The translations under genes were made by a program, and so were the position numbers. Below, one piece after another: positions 29,773-39,863 of a DNA stretch of 64,000 bases. The DNA lies in the NCBI GenBank assembly GCA_949284065.1, contig CASDUO010000008.1, positions 3,938 to 67,937 on the forward strand, given 5' to 3'. Each line of letters begins with the position of its first letter. Position 1 is the stretch's first letter. Under the pieces are notes generated by a model, which ran no database searches, was not told where the DNA came from, and saw only the letters and a list, made by a program, of their open reading frames with translations. The stretch comes from an uncultured Bacillota bacterium (GTDB lineage Bacteria > Bacillota > Clostridia > Peptostreptococcales > Anaerovoracaceae).

Positions 29773-31065
29773 ATGAAGAGTGAATTGATTTCGGCTATAG
29801 AGCAGATCGAAAAAGAAAAAGGGATATCTAAAGAGGTCTTGCTCCAGGCTATACAGAAGGCTCTGACCAGTGCATATACGAAGAGTTATGGCGGCAGAGA
29901 GGAAAACATAAGCGTGGAGATCGATGAAGAGACCGGCTCCATAGATGTTTTTATGAAGCTGGAGATAGTAGAAGAAGTCGAAGACGAAGAGGTACAGATA
30001 TCTCTTGAAGAAGCAAGGGAGATAGATCCCAGTTATGAGATAGGCGAAAAAGTCGAATATCAGGTGACTCCCGACGATTTCGGAAGGATAGCGGCACAAA
30101 CGGCAAAGCAGGTCATAATCCAGAGGATCAGAGAAGAAGAACGCAATATGATCTACGATGAATACGTAGAGAAAATTGGAGATATAATGACCGGAACGGT
30201 ACAGAGAAAAACCGAATCCACCATATTCATAAACCTGGGGAAGGCCGAAGGCATATTGACTGCAAGGGAACAGGTGAAGGGTGAGAGGCTGAAGGCCAAT
30301 GACAGGATAAAAGTATATATAATGGACGTCAAAGACACAAACAAGGGGCCGCAGATATTCCTTTCCCGTTCACATCCGGGACTTGTGAAGAAACTTTTTG
30401 AATTGGAAGTGCCCGAGATCGAAGATGGCACAGTTGAAATAAAAAGCATCGCAAGAGAAGCGGGATCGAGGACCAAGATAGCCGTGTACTCTGAAGACCC
30501 TAACGTGGACCCGGTCGGTGCCTGTGTGGGAAGCCGGGGAGCGAGAGTACAGAGCATAGTGGATGAGCTTTTCGATGAAAAGATAGATATCATAAACTGG
30601 AGTGAAGAGCCGGAAGAATTCATAAGGAATGTACTTTCTCCTGCAAAAGTAGAGGGAGTGTCCATCGACGAAGACGAACAGTCGGCAACGGTGATAGTTC
30701 CGGATCACCAGCTTTCATTAGCAATAGGGAAATCCGGGCAGAATGTGAGACTGGCCGCCAAGCTCTGTGGCTGGAAGATAGATATCAAAAGCCATACTCA
30801 GTATGAAGAGGGAGAGGATGAGGAAAAGCCATCGGATGAAGAGGCTGCATCAGAAGGGGCAGTTGAGACAGATGTGAACGATGGGGAAGCGGCAGATGGA
30901 GAGATCGAAGAAACTGAAACCGAATCCTTGATAGAAGAAGCGGAAGAAGAGCTGGCCGAAGAGATGGGCGAGGATATAGAACAGACCGGGGCAGAAGAGA
31001 TGGAAGAGATCGTTGAAGAAATAAAGGAAGAAACAGCAGAAGGATCCACTGACGAGAGAGGATAG
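29773..31065 (+). CDS. nusA: transcription termination/antitermination factor NusA with acidic C-terminal tail
   Basis: NusA N-terminal domain, S1 and two KH domains (IGKSGQNVRLA). The last ~85 aa are E/D-rich. Confidence 0.95.
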   Translation: MKSELISAIEQIEKEKGISKEVLLQAIQKALTSAYTKSYGGREENISVEIDEETGSIDVFMKLEIVEEVEDEEVQISLEEAREIDPSYEIGEKVEYQVTPDDFGRIAAQTAKQVIIQRIREEERNMIYDEYVEKIGDIMTGTVQRKTESTIFINLGKAEGILTAREQVKGERLKANDRIKVYIMDVKDTNKGPQIFLSRSHPGLVKKLFELEVPEIEDGTVEIKSIAREAGSRTKIAVYSEDPNVDPVGACVGSRGARVQSIVDELFDEKIDIINWSEEPEEFIRNVLSPAKVEGVSIDEDEQSATVIVPDHQLSLAIGKSGQNVRLAAKLCGWKIDIKSHTQYEEGEDEEKPSDEEAASEGAVETDVNDGEAADGEIEETETESLIEEAEEELAEEMGEDIEQTGAEEMEEIVEEIKEETAEGSTDERG

Positions 31066-31067
31066 AA

Positions 31068-31343
31068 TTGAAAAACAAGAAAGTCCCCATGAGGACCTGT
31101 ATAGGATGCAGGCAGACAAAACCGAAGAGCGAGCTTATCAGGATCGCAGCCTATGAAGGCGAGGTCAATGTTGATGTGACCGGAAAGGCGAAAGGGCGAG
31201 GCGTCTATATTTGTCCTGATGAAAAATGTCTCGAGAAGGCAAAAAAAAGCAAGGCCCTTTCAAGGGGCCTGAAAGTGGAGATCACAGAAGAGACGGCAGA
31301 AAAAGTCTGGAAGGAGATGGCGGAAAATGCGGGAAAAGATTAA
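31068..31343 (+). CDS. ylxR: YlxR/DUF448 RNA-binding protein
   Basis: TTG start. KKVPMRTCIGCRQ...GRGVYIC is the typical YlxR signature. Confidence 0.85.
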   Translation: MKNKKVPMRTCIGCRQTKPKSELIRIAAYEGEVNVDVTGKAKGRGVYICPDEKCLEKAKKSKALSRGLKVEITEETAEKVWKEMAENAGKD

Positions 31344-31650
31344 CAGCTATATGGGCTTTGCCCGCAAGTCCGGACAACTGATAACAGGAGCAGAAACATG
31401 CGGGGAGGAAATAGATAAAGGAAGATTGAAGCTGCTGATAATATCGGAAGATGCAGCGGAGAACAGCAAGGAGAAAATGACTTTGAAAGCAAAAAGAGCG
31501 GGAATAAATTACAGAGTGTACGGAGAACGGGATGTGATGTCCCATGCGGTGGGAAAACCGGGAAGCTGTATATTCGGTGTGAAGGACGAGAATTTTGCGA
31601 AAGTCATAATGAAAGAAATAGATGACAAAACCGGGAAGGAGGTGCTTTAA
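31327..31650 (+). CDS. ylxQ: L7Ae-family RNA-binding protein YlxQ
   Basis: 107 aa. [12 protein letters not shown] is L7Ae-like. Conserved position between ylxR and infB. Confidence 0.8.
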   Translation: MREKINSYMGFARKSGQLITGAETCGEEIDKGRLKLLIISEDAAENSKEKMTLKAKRAGINYRVYGERDVMSHAVGKPGSCIFGVKDENFAKVIMKEIDDKTGKEVL

Positions 31651-31652
31651 CG

Positions 31653-34421
31653 ATGAAACTCAAGGACATAGCAAAAGAACTGAAAATAACGGAAAGTGCC
31701 CTTTATAAAATGGCCACATCTATGGGGATAAACATCGATGGGAACGATGAGATAAACGATCTGGATGTAAAGGCGTTGAAGAATGCTCTGGAGGCAAAGA
31801 ACAGAAAGAGTTTAGATACTAAAATCGTTAGAGCCAGGCCGAAGAAAAACGAAGATGAGGACAGTGGGCCCAAGGTGGTAGTGAAAAAAGCCAAGGGTAT
31901 CGACGATGTAAAACCGAGGGCCAGGGGTGAAGGCGTGAAAGTGACGGAAAAGTCGTCTGCAAGCGGCGAAGGAGCAAGGAGGACTCCCATAGGTAAACCT
32001 GTGCCTAAGTCGGAAACTGCAGCGCGGTCAAAACCCCATATAGGAAAGCCTGTGCCAAAAAAACCCGTCAAAGAGGACGAGGGATTTTCGACTACGAAAA
32101 AGCCTTCCGAAGAACAAAAGACCCAGGAAGTTGAAGTTGCCAAAGAAGTGAGGCCGAAAGCCGCAGAACCGACGCCGGATGGAGCCGTCGGGACCAATAC
32201 AGCTGATGCTCCCAAAGGACAGGTTTCCCAGGGCAGCGATAGCGGTCAGAAGGTTCCTGAACAGAAAAAAGAGAAAAGCGCTGATGTCCGGGATGTACCT
32301 GAACAGGAAGTCTCCAAAGAAGAAAAAAAGGGAAAGGCCAAGGACGAGACGCAAAAGGAAACTGTCCACAGAGGTGAAAAGGCCACTGTGAAAAAGGATG
32401 AGAATCCAAGGAGACCCGGCAGGAAAGCCGCCGACAAGGCGGAAAGAGAAGGAGGACCTCAAGGAGGCGCTTCCGGTGACACGAGAAAGAAAAAGCAGAA
32501 AAGAGATAAAGACAAGGATAAAAAGCGAAGCAAATTCGATAGGATGGATCAGGAACAGGAATCGGGAAGGTTCGGACTCAAATCTCTGGAAAAGAAACAG
32601 AAGAAAAAGTTCGTGAAACAGCCGAAGGCGGTCTCGGAGCCTGAAGTGGAGGAAGAACCTCTGCCTGCAGGGACCAAAGTCATAAACGTGCCTATCACCA
32701 TCGCCGGATTCTGTGAACAGGTAGGAGTCAGCATACCCGGCGTGATACTTGCCTTGCTCAAATTGGGCGTGGTAGCCAACCAGAATCAGAACATAGATGA
32801 GGATACGGTGCTTATCCTTGCAAAAGAAATGGGCATAAACGTCGTCATAGGAAAAGTGGAGGAAGAAGAAGCGGAAGAGGGCATCGAGAACTTTGAAGAC
32901 AGAGAAAAAGATCTCGAGGAAAGAGCGCCCATAATAACGGTTATGGGACATGTAGACCACGGAAAGACGTCTCTGCTGGACGCCATAAGGAAAACAAATG
33001 TGACGGCGTCTGAATCAGGTGGCATAACCCAGCATATCGGTGCTTCCGAAGTTGAGATAGACGGAAAGAAGATCGTGTTCCTGGATACGCCCGGACATGA
33101 AGCGTTCACGGCAATGCGTGCAAGAGGAGCCGATATAACTGATATCGCTGTGCTCGTAGTTGCGGCGGACGACTCTGTCAAGCCCCAGACTATAGAATCC
33201 ATAAGTCATGCGAAGGCGGCAGGAGTGCCTATAATAGTCGCCATAAACAAAATGGACAAACCGGGCGCCAACCCCGACAGAGTGAAACAGGATCTTGCAG
33301 AACATAATGTTTTGGTGGAAGAATGGGGCGGCGATGTCATATGCGTGCCGGTTTCTGCAAAATCGGGAGAAGGCATAGTGAACCTCCTTGAAATGATATT
33401 GCTGCAGGCTGAGGTACTGGAGCTCAGAGCCAACCCCAACAGGCTGGCTATGGGCACTGTGCTTGAAGCCAGACTGGACAAGGCGAAGGGACCTGTGGCC
33501 ACACTGCTGGTCATCAACGGGACCCTCAAGACGGGACAGTCGGTAGTTGCGGGAGTGTCGTCGGGCAGGATCAGACTGATGACTGATGCGAAAGGCAGGA
33601 CCATCAGGAAGGCCGGCCCAGCTACGGCTGTGGAGATACTCGGACTTACAGATGTACCGGCTGCAGGGGACAGATTCAATGCAGTGAGTGAAGACAGACT
33701 GGCCAAGGAGATCGCCGAGAAGAGAAAGCTGAAGCAGCGTGAAGAGATCATGGCGAGGACATCCAGCACCACTTTGGAGGAATTGTTCAGCCAGATAAAA
33801 GAAGGCGAGAAGAAAGAGCTCAACCTTATCATCAAAGGTGATGTAATGGGATCTGTAGGAGCTGTTTCCGCATCTCTCGAAAAATTGTCCAACGAGAATG
33901 TTGTCATAAAGATAATACACTCAGGTGTAGGAGCCATAACAGAGTCCGATGTGACTCTGGCAGGAACATCATCTGCCATAATAATAGGGTTCAACGTAAG
34001 GCCTTCAGCTGCAGTGACGCAGCTTGCTGAAAGAGAAAATGTGCAGATCCGAACCTACAGAGTCATATATGACATAATCGACGACGTAAAGAACGCCATG
34101 GAGGGTATGTTGGATCCTGAATTCAAAGAAGTGGTCCTGGGAGAATGTGAAGTGAGGACCACATTCAAGGTGCCCAATGTGGGAACCGTCGCCGGCGCCT
34201 ATGTCACTTCAGGAAAAATGGTAAGGAATGCAGAGGTGCGCCTTATAAGAGACGGTATAGTCATACACGAAGGCAAGATAGGCTCTCTGAAGAGATTCAA
34301 AGACGATGCCAGAGAAGTGGAAAAGGGATTTGAATGCGGCCTCGGTATCGAGGGATACAATGACATAAAAGAAGGCGATATCATAGAATGCTTCAGGATG
34401 GAAGAAGTGGAGAGAGCATAA
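31653..34421 (+). CDS. infB: translation initiation factor IF-2
   Basis: Low-complexity K/E-rich N-terminal region, GTPase motifs [21 protein letters not shown]. 922 aa. Confidence 0.95.
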   Translation: MKLKDIAKELKITESALYKMATSMGINIDGNDEINDLDVKALKNALEAKNRKSLDTKIVRARPKKNEDEDSGPKVVVKKAKGIDDVKPRARGEGVKVTEKSSASGEGARRTPIGKPVPKSETAARSKPHIGKPVPKKPVKEDEGFSTTKKPSEEQKTQEVEVAKEVRPKAAEPTPDGAVGTNTADAPKGQVSQGSDSGQKVPEQKKEKSADVRDVPEQEVSKEEKKGKAKDETQKETVHRGEKATVKKDENPRRPGRKAADKAEREGGPQGGASGDTRKKKQKRDKDKDKKRSKFDRMDQEQESGRFGLKSLEKKQKKKFVKQPKAVSEPEVEEEPLPAGTKVINVPITIAGFCEQVGVSIPGVILALLKLGVVANQNQNIDEDTVLILAKEMGINVVIGKVEEEEAEEGIENFEDREKDLEERAPIITVMGHVDHGKTSLLDAIRKTNVTASESGGITQHIGASEVEIDGKKIVFLDTPGHEAFTAMRARGADITDIAVLVVAADDSVKPQTIESISHAKAAGVPIIVAINKMDKPGANPDRVKQDLAEHNVLVEEWGGDVICVPVSAKSGEGIVNLLEMILLQAEVLELRANPNRLAMGTVLEARLDKAKGPVATLLVINGTLKTGQSVVAGVSSGRIRLMTDAKGRTIRKAGPATAVEILGLTDVPAAGDRFNAVSEDRLAKEIAEKRKLKQREEIMARTSSTTLEELFSQIKEGEKKELNLIIKGDVMGSVGAVSASLEKLSNENVVIKIIHSGVGAITESDVTLAGTSSAIIIGFNVRPSAAVTQLAERENVQIRTYRVIYDIIDDVKNAMEGMLDPEFKEVVLGECEVRTTFKVPNVGTVAGAYVTSGKMVRNAEVRLIRDGIVIHEGKIGSLKRFKDDAREVEKGFECGLGIEGYNDIKEGDIIECFRMEEVERA

Positions 34422-34427
34422 AGACTT

Positions 34428-34841
34428 ATGGGAAAAGGATACAGACAGGGAAGACTTGGTGAAGAGATAAGACGGATAATAAGCGATATGCTGTTCAGAG
34501 AGATAAAAGATCCGAGATTGACAGGGGCTATGATAAGCATCACGGGAGTCGAGGTGACTCCCGACGGCAGTCATGCTACAGTCTACGTTTCTCCTTTCGA
34601 CATAAAAGAAAAAAGAGAGGAAAGCGATGAGGAAAAGGCAGATGTGCTGGAGGGACTCGACCACTGTAAAGGCATGATAAGGAAAGAGATCGGTAAACAG
34701 ATGAGATTGCGCCACACGCCGGAGATCACTTTCAAGATAGACAGGTCCATGGAATACGGGAACCATATGGATAGGATACTCGACGGGCTGGGCGTATGTC
34801 ACGACGAAGGAACAGACGGAAACGGGGAAGACCATGAATGA
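34428..34841 (+). CDS. rbfA: ribosome-binding factor A
   Basis: RLGEEIRRIISDML...DPRL motif. 137 aa, after infB. Confidence 0.9.
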   Translation: MGKGYRQGRLGEEIRRIISDMLFREIKDPRLTGAMISITGVEVTPDGSHATVYVSPFDIKEKREESDEEKADVLEGLDHCKGMIRKEIGKQMRLRHTPEITFKIDRSMEYGNHMDRILDGLGVCHDEGTDGNGEDHE

Positions 34842-35820
34842 CGACTTCAAAGACATAGGAGCGATGATAGAGAGCAAGAACAGCATCTACATCGTTCCAC
34901 ATATAATGATGGATGGCGATGCCATGGGATCTGCAGCCGCCCTGTGCAGGGCCTTGCGTAAAAAAAAGAAGACGGCCTGGATCCTGACAGAAGACAAGAT
35001 ACCGGACAATCTGATGTTCCTCGACGAAGGTCTGACTACTGACGACGCGGAAAAAATAGAAAGCCCCGATCTTTGTGTGTTGTTGGACTGCGGCGAAGAG
35101 AGCCGATATCCCAAGAGAAAGGATGCGGTGGCCAAAAGCGGAAAGATCATATGTTTGGATCATCATGCCACTTCAAAAGCCGTGTTCGATATGAATCACA
35201 TAGATACAGAAGCGGCAGCAACGGGAGAAATAGTCTACGATCTTCTTTGTGAGATGAAAGTGGATATGGATAAAGATATAGGAGAGGCCATATTTGCCGC
35301 AATAACCACCGACACAGGGAATTTCCAGTATTCGAATACTACGAGACGGAGCCACGAGATAGTAGCCGAACTCTATGATTTGGGCATAGATCATAACAAG
35401 GTGAGTATCGAGATATATCAAAGCGAACCTGTGGAAAAGATCAAACTGCACGGAATGGTATTAGGTGATATCAAGATATTCGGTGAGGGGAAGGCAGCGA
35501 TTGCGAAAGTCACTCAGGACATGTTGAGGAAGACAGGCGCACGTATGGAAGATTCCGAGGGGCTGGTATCGAAACTTAGAGACATAAAGGGCGTGGAGAT
35601 AGCTGCACTGCTCAAAGAACAGCCGGATGGAGAGATCAAAGTCACGATGAGGGCAAAAGAATATGCTGATGTCTCGAAAATAGCCCAGAAACACAACGGG
35701 GGAGGACATGTCAAGGCAGCGGGGTGCAGTTTGAACTGCAAGACGGAAGAGGCACAGGACATTATCGAAAATGAGATCTGCAGAGAACTTGAAGATAAAC
35801 GGCATAATAAATATCGATAA
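34834..35820 (+). CDS. nrnA: DHH/DHHA1 phosphoesterase (NrnA-like oligoribonuclease/pAp phosphatase)
   Basis: DGDAMGS, LDHH and GGGH motifs. Conserved position between rbfA and truB. Confidence 0.85.
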   Translation: MNDDFKDIGAMIESKNSIYIVPHIMMDGDAMGSAAALCRALRKKKKTAWILTEDKIPDNLMFLDEGLTTDDAEKIESPDLCVLLDCGEESRYPKRKDAVAKSGKIICLDHHATSKAVFDMNHIDTEAAATGEIVYDLLCEMKVDMDKDIGEAIFAAITTDTGNFQYSNTTRRSHEIVAELYDLGIDHNKVSIEIYQSEPVEKIKLHGMVLGDIKIFGEGKAAIAKVTQDMLRKTGARMEDSEGLVSKLRDIKGVEIAALLKEQPDGEIKVTMRAKEYADVSKIAQKHNGGGHVKAAGCSLNCKTEEAQDIIENEICRELEDKRHNKYR

Positions 35821-36661
35821 ACCAGAGGGATATACATCCCACGGGTGTGTAAGTATGCTGCGCAGACTTACGGGACAAAAGCGTATCGGGCACGGAGGAA
35901 CACTCGATCCCATGGCCACGGGGGTGCTTCCCGTGTTTTTAGGGAGAGCTACCAGATTGATAGAATATTTGGAAGACGAGCGTAAAATGTACTTCTGTAC
36001 TGTGAAATGGGGCGAAGAAACAGACACCTGCGACGTTACGGGAAAGGTAACGGAAAAGACGGGTGAGATGCCCGACAGAGAAACGGTAGAAAGGATCTTT
36101 CGAAAATACACAGGTGTCATAGAACAGGTGCCGCCTATATATTCCGCACTGAAAGTAAAGGGGAAAAAGCTTTATGAATATGCTCGATCCGGTGAGGAAG
36201 TGGACATCGCTCCAAGGCAAGTCATCATAGAAAAGATCATTCCGGAAGATATAAGGCAGGATGAAGCGGATTTTTCGATAGTATGCTCCAGGGGCACATA
36301 TGTGCGCTCTCTTTGTCGTGATATGGGCAGGGATATAGGATGTCTCGGCACGATGAAATCTTTGCGCAGAACAGTATCGGGACCTTTTACGGCAGATGAG
36401 GCCATGGATATAGAAACTCTCACGATGGAAAAGCTTTTGGCAAATCTCATGCCCATGGATGCAGTATTGGGATATATGGAGCCAATAGATATTAAAGACA
36501 GGCAGGTAGAAGATTTTCGTACGGGAAGGGAATTGAACATAAGACCCGATGATGCAGATAAGCTGTACAGGGTATACAGTGAGAAAGGTTTTCTGGGAGT
36601 AGGCAAAGTAACGGAAAACGGAAGGCTTAAAGCCGATAAAGTGTTTGACATGGGAGAATGA
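35771..36661 (+). CDS. truB: tRNA pseudouridine-55 synthase
   Basis: NIDKPEGYTSH and GHGGTLDPMATGVL motifs. The exact start is uncertain because it overlaps the nrnA end. Confidence 0.9.
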   Translation: MRSAENLKINGIINIDKPEGYTSHGCVSMLRRLTGQKRIGHGGTLDPMATGVLPVFLGRATRLIEYLEDERKMYFCTVKWGEETDTCDVTGKVTEKTGEMPDRETVERIFRKYTGVIEQVPPIYSALKVKGKKLYEYARSGEEVDIAPRQVIIEKIIPEDIRQDEADFSIVCSRGTYVRSLCRDMGRDIGCLGTMKSLRRTVSGPFTADEAMDIETLTMEKLLANLMPMDAVLGYMEPIDIKDRQVEDFRTGRELNIRPDDADKLYRVYSEKGFLGVGKVTENGRLKADKVFDMGE

Positions 36662-37617
36662 AAATGAAAATATTCCGCTTTCTTGAAGAAATAAAAGATA
36701 TAGAACCCACCGTTGTGGCAATGGGGAATTTTGACGGAGTCCACAAAGGCCACAGAGAGATAATACGCAGGACAGTCGATGAAGCCAAAACGGCGGGACT
36801 GAGGTCTGCCGTATTCACTTTTTCCAACCATCCGAAGAATTTCATGAGGAAGGATGGGGAGGAACCGGTGAAAAAGATCCTCTACGAGGGTGAAAAAACG
36901 AAGATAATAGAAGGTCTTGGCATAGATTATATGTTCAATATCCCATTCGACGAAACGGTGATGGATATGGAACCGGAACAGTATATAGACGATCTTTTGC
37001 TCGGAGTATTCAAAATGCAGGAAGCGTATTGCGGCTTCAATTACCGGTTCGGCGCAAAAGCGAGAGGCAATACCGAGATGCTCATGAGAGAAAGTCTGGA
37101 AAAGGGTTTTGGGATACATGTGCTGGAACCTTATCGTGTTGACGGAGTGTTGGTGAGCTCTTCGCTTTTGAGAGAGCTGATCAAAGAGGGAAGGGTGGAC
37201 CTGTGTAAAAAATATATGGACAGGTATTATGCAATAAAAGGCGAGGTGGTGGTAGGCAACCGTCTCGGCAAGACTATAGGGTTCCCAACTTCCAATCTCA
37301 TAATAGATGAATCTATGGTTACTCCGCCTAATGGCGTGTATATAACATATTGTCTATATGACGGCAAAAGATATCCAAGCATAACCAATGTGGGAGAGAA
37401 ACCCACCATAGGAAAGTTCAAAAAGAATGTGGAGACTCACATATTCAATTTTGAAAAGGAACTTTACGGAAAAGTCATCGAGGTAGAGTTCCTGAAACAG
37501 ACACGGGAAGAAAAGAAATTCGGGAGTGTTGAAGAATTGGCAAAGCAGATCACGGCGGATTGTATAAGTGCGAAAGCCTATCATAATTCCAAAGGAGTAC
37601 CTGAAAAAAATGTATGA
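36658..37617 (+). CDS. ribF: bifunctional riboflavin kinase / FAD synthetase
   Basis: GNFDGVHKGH nucleotidyltransferase motif. C-terminal kinase part GFPTSN...E.HIF.F. Confidence 0.9.
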   Translation: MKMKIFRFLEEIKDIEPTVVAMGNFDGVHKGHREIIRRTVDEAKTAGLRSAVFTFSNHPKNFMRKDGEEPVKKILYEGEKTKIIEGLGIDYMFNIPFDETVMDMEPEQYIDDLLLGVFKMQEAYCGFNYRFGAKARGNTEMLMRESLEKGFGIHVLEPYRVDGVLVSSSLLRELIKEGRVDLCKKYMDRYYAIKGEVVVGNRLGKTIGFPTSNLIIDESMVTPPNGVYITYCLYDGKRYPSITNVGEKPTIGKFKKNVETHIFNFEKELYGKVIEVEFLKQTREEKKFGSVEELAKQITADCISAKAYHNSKGVPEKNV

Positions 37618-38464
37618 CCCAAGGGAAGAGGTAATAAAGGCCGGCCGCATGTTGGTGCAGAAAGGGCTGGTCGCAAGGACGTGGGGGAACGTAAGCTGCC
37701 GTATAGACATCAACCATTTCGCATTGTCTCCCAGCGGAAAGGATTATTTTTCAGTGGAAAGGGAAGATATCGCTGTGGTGGCGACAGATACTGGAGATTA
37801 TACGGGCAGGTCTAAACCGTCATCTGAGATAGACCTGCACAGAGAATCGTATATGGCGAAGGAGGACTGCAAATTCATCCTGCATACTCATCAGGAAAAT
37901 GCGACAGTGGTTTCCGCCATGGGATCTGCCGTACTGATATCACGGGATACCGAGATACGATGTGCGGAGCACGGGATGCCGGGTACTGTGGATCTGGCGG
38001 AGAAAACTGTCAAAGTCCTTATGTCATACGATGCTCCCTATGCTCTCATGGCGAATCACGGAGCGGTCATATGGGGGACGGATATAGATGACGCATTGGA
38101 TAAAGCAGAGGAGCTTGAGGAATTGTGTAGAGAATTCTTGAAAAAAACCGGAGTGCCTGAAAGTCGTGAGGCGTTGGAAAGATTCAGGAAAAGCGGACAG
38201 CGTGTCATGCCTGCATATATAGATGACTTTGCCCAGATGATGGGTCCGGCACCGGAGATAATGTTCGATGATGCCGGGAGGCCTTATGGAAAAGGCATAG
38301 AGACCGATGACAGGGATGCGGAGGTGATGCTGATAGAAAAAAACTGCAGAGCTATGTATGGAGGGCATATTTCAGGCAAAGGCTCACCGTTGGAAAGGAT
38401 TGATTCTGAACAGCTCCACAGGCAGTACAGGGATCATTATTCAAAGCTGAGGGGATCCGGATGA
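37610..38464 (+). CDS. class II aldolase/adducin-family protein with ~90-aa C-terminal extension
   Basis: TWGNVSCR, KPSSEIDLH and ILHTHQ motifs of class II aldolases/epimerases. The ATG overlaps the ribF stop by 8 nt. Confidence 0.75.
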   Translation: MYDPREEVIKAGRMLVQKGLVARTWGNVSCRIDINHFALSPSGKDYFSVEREDIAVVATDTGDYTGRSKPSSEIDLHRESYMAKEDCKFILHTHQENATVVSAMGSAVLISRDTEIRCAEHGMPGTVDLAEKTVKVLMSYDAPYALMANHGAVIWGTDIDDALDKAEELEELCREFLKKTGVPESREALERFRKSGQRVMPAYIDDFAQMMGPAPEIMFDDAGRPYGKGIETDDRDAEVMLIEKNCRAMYGGHISGKGSPLERIDSEQLHRQYRDHYSKLRGSG

Positions 38465-38546
38465 TGATTCCGTAACGAAGGACCATGATGATGAAAACAA
38501 AGGCTGAATATATGTTGGATGTGTTTATTGAGAGGAAATATCTAAA

Positions 38547-39863
38547 ATGGAAATCGAAGGAGCGCCCGGGATGTTTTTGAAGAACCGGGAAGATGAAGAT
38601 AGAGAAGAAAAAGAAAAGAGCGGCAGTGATAGCGGGGAGCATATACTCGTATGCCTCTCGTGGAGACCGGAAAGCACCAGAAGCATAAGGGCTGCCGCCA
38701 GGATGGCAAAAGCTTTCAACGGTTCTTTCACGGCGGTCTATGTGGAACAACCGGCTTATGAGAGTTTTGACGATAAGGTGAAACAGGGCATAAGACAAAA
38801 TATGAAGATGGCGAGCCAAATGGGAGCTATAGTGGAGACACTGTACGGTGAAGATATAGTATACCAGATAGCTCAGTTTGCCAAATTGTCAGGCGTGACG
38901 AAGATCATCGTAGGCCGGGGATACGGCAACGGCAGATCTCGAGAAAAGGCCATAGGAGACAAGTTGGCTGCGCTTGTGTCAGATGCGGATATTTATATGA
39001 TACCGGAAGGGGTAACGGAGTCTTACAGAAAGAGGAAGCTTTCGGTATATGAAAAAAAATTTCTGATATCGGATCTGGTGAAAAGTTTGGTCGTTATGGT
39101 CGCTGTTACAGCAGCGGGCATGGTGTTAGAGTATTTCGATATGAATGAATCGAACATAATAATGCTGTACATACTCGGTACGCTCATAACGGCCGTAACG
39201 ACTTCCAAGAGGATATACAGCTTATCTGTGGCGTTTGTAAGCGTTCTGCTTTTTAATTTTCTCTTCACACAGCCACAGTATACTTTTGCTGTATACGGGA
39301 AAGATTATCCGTTGACGTTTGCCATAATGTTCATAGTGGCTTTTTTCACAAGTTCATTGGCGATAAAGATCAAAGGACAGGCCAGACAATCTGCCGAGAC
39401 CGCTTACAGAGTCAAGGTGCTGTTGGATACTAACAGGACGCTCAAGGATGAAACGGATAAAGATGGAATAATATCGGTGTCCTGCAAGCAGATGGTAAAG
39501 CTGTTGGACCGCGACGTGATATTCTATCCGGCAGAGGGCGGCAGGCTGAGACCTCCCTATCTCTTCAGGCGGGAAGGCGGCAATACCATGAACGATTACA
39601 GATCGGAGAAGGAATTCATCAGAGCCACCGAAGTATATCATGAAGGAACGGAAGGAAAGACCCCGAAGAATGCAAAGTGCATATATTTTCCCGTGAAAGC
39701 GCGGAAAGAAGCCATAGGCGTGGTAGGTATCGAGAACAAAAACAAGAAGCCTATCGATTCATTTGAGAACAGTATACTTGCTTCCATCCTGGATGAATTT
39801 GCCATCGCTATCGAAGGGGAAAAGGTGATGGAAAAAGGAGAAGAGCGCAACGATGAAATCTAA
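38547..39863 (+). CDS. KdpD-like sensor module without kinase (USP domain + DUF4118-type membrane domain + GAF-like domain)
   Basis: USP-like HILVCLS...FTAVYVEQ...KIIVGR, then four hydrophobic helices, then a soluble GAF-like part. There is no HisKA/HATPase sequence. It ends 11 nt inside ktrB. Confidence 0.75.
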   Translation: MEIEGAPGMFLKNREDEDREEKEKSGSDSGEHILVCLSWRPESTRSIRAAARMAKAFNGSFTAVYVEQPAYESFDDKVKQGIRQNMKMASQMGAIVETLYGEDIVYQIAQFAKLSGVTKIIVGRGYGNGRSREKAIGDKLAALVSDADIYMIPEGVTESYRKRKLSVYEKKFLISDLVKSLVVMVAVTAAGMVLEYFDMNESNIIMLYILGTLITAVTTSKRIYSLSVAFVSVLLFNFLFTQPQYTFAVYGKDYPLTFAIMFIVAFFTSSLAIKIKGQARQSAETAYRVKVLLDTNRTLKDETDKDGIISVSCKQMVKLLDRDVIFYPAEGGRLRPPYLFRREGGNTMNDYRSEKEFIRATEVYHEGTEGKTPKNAKCIYFPVKARKEAIGVVGIENKNKKPIDSFENSILASILDEFAIAIEGEKVMEKGEERNDEI

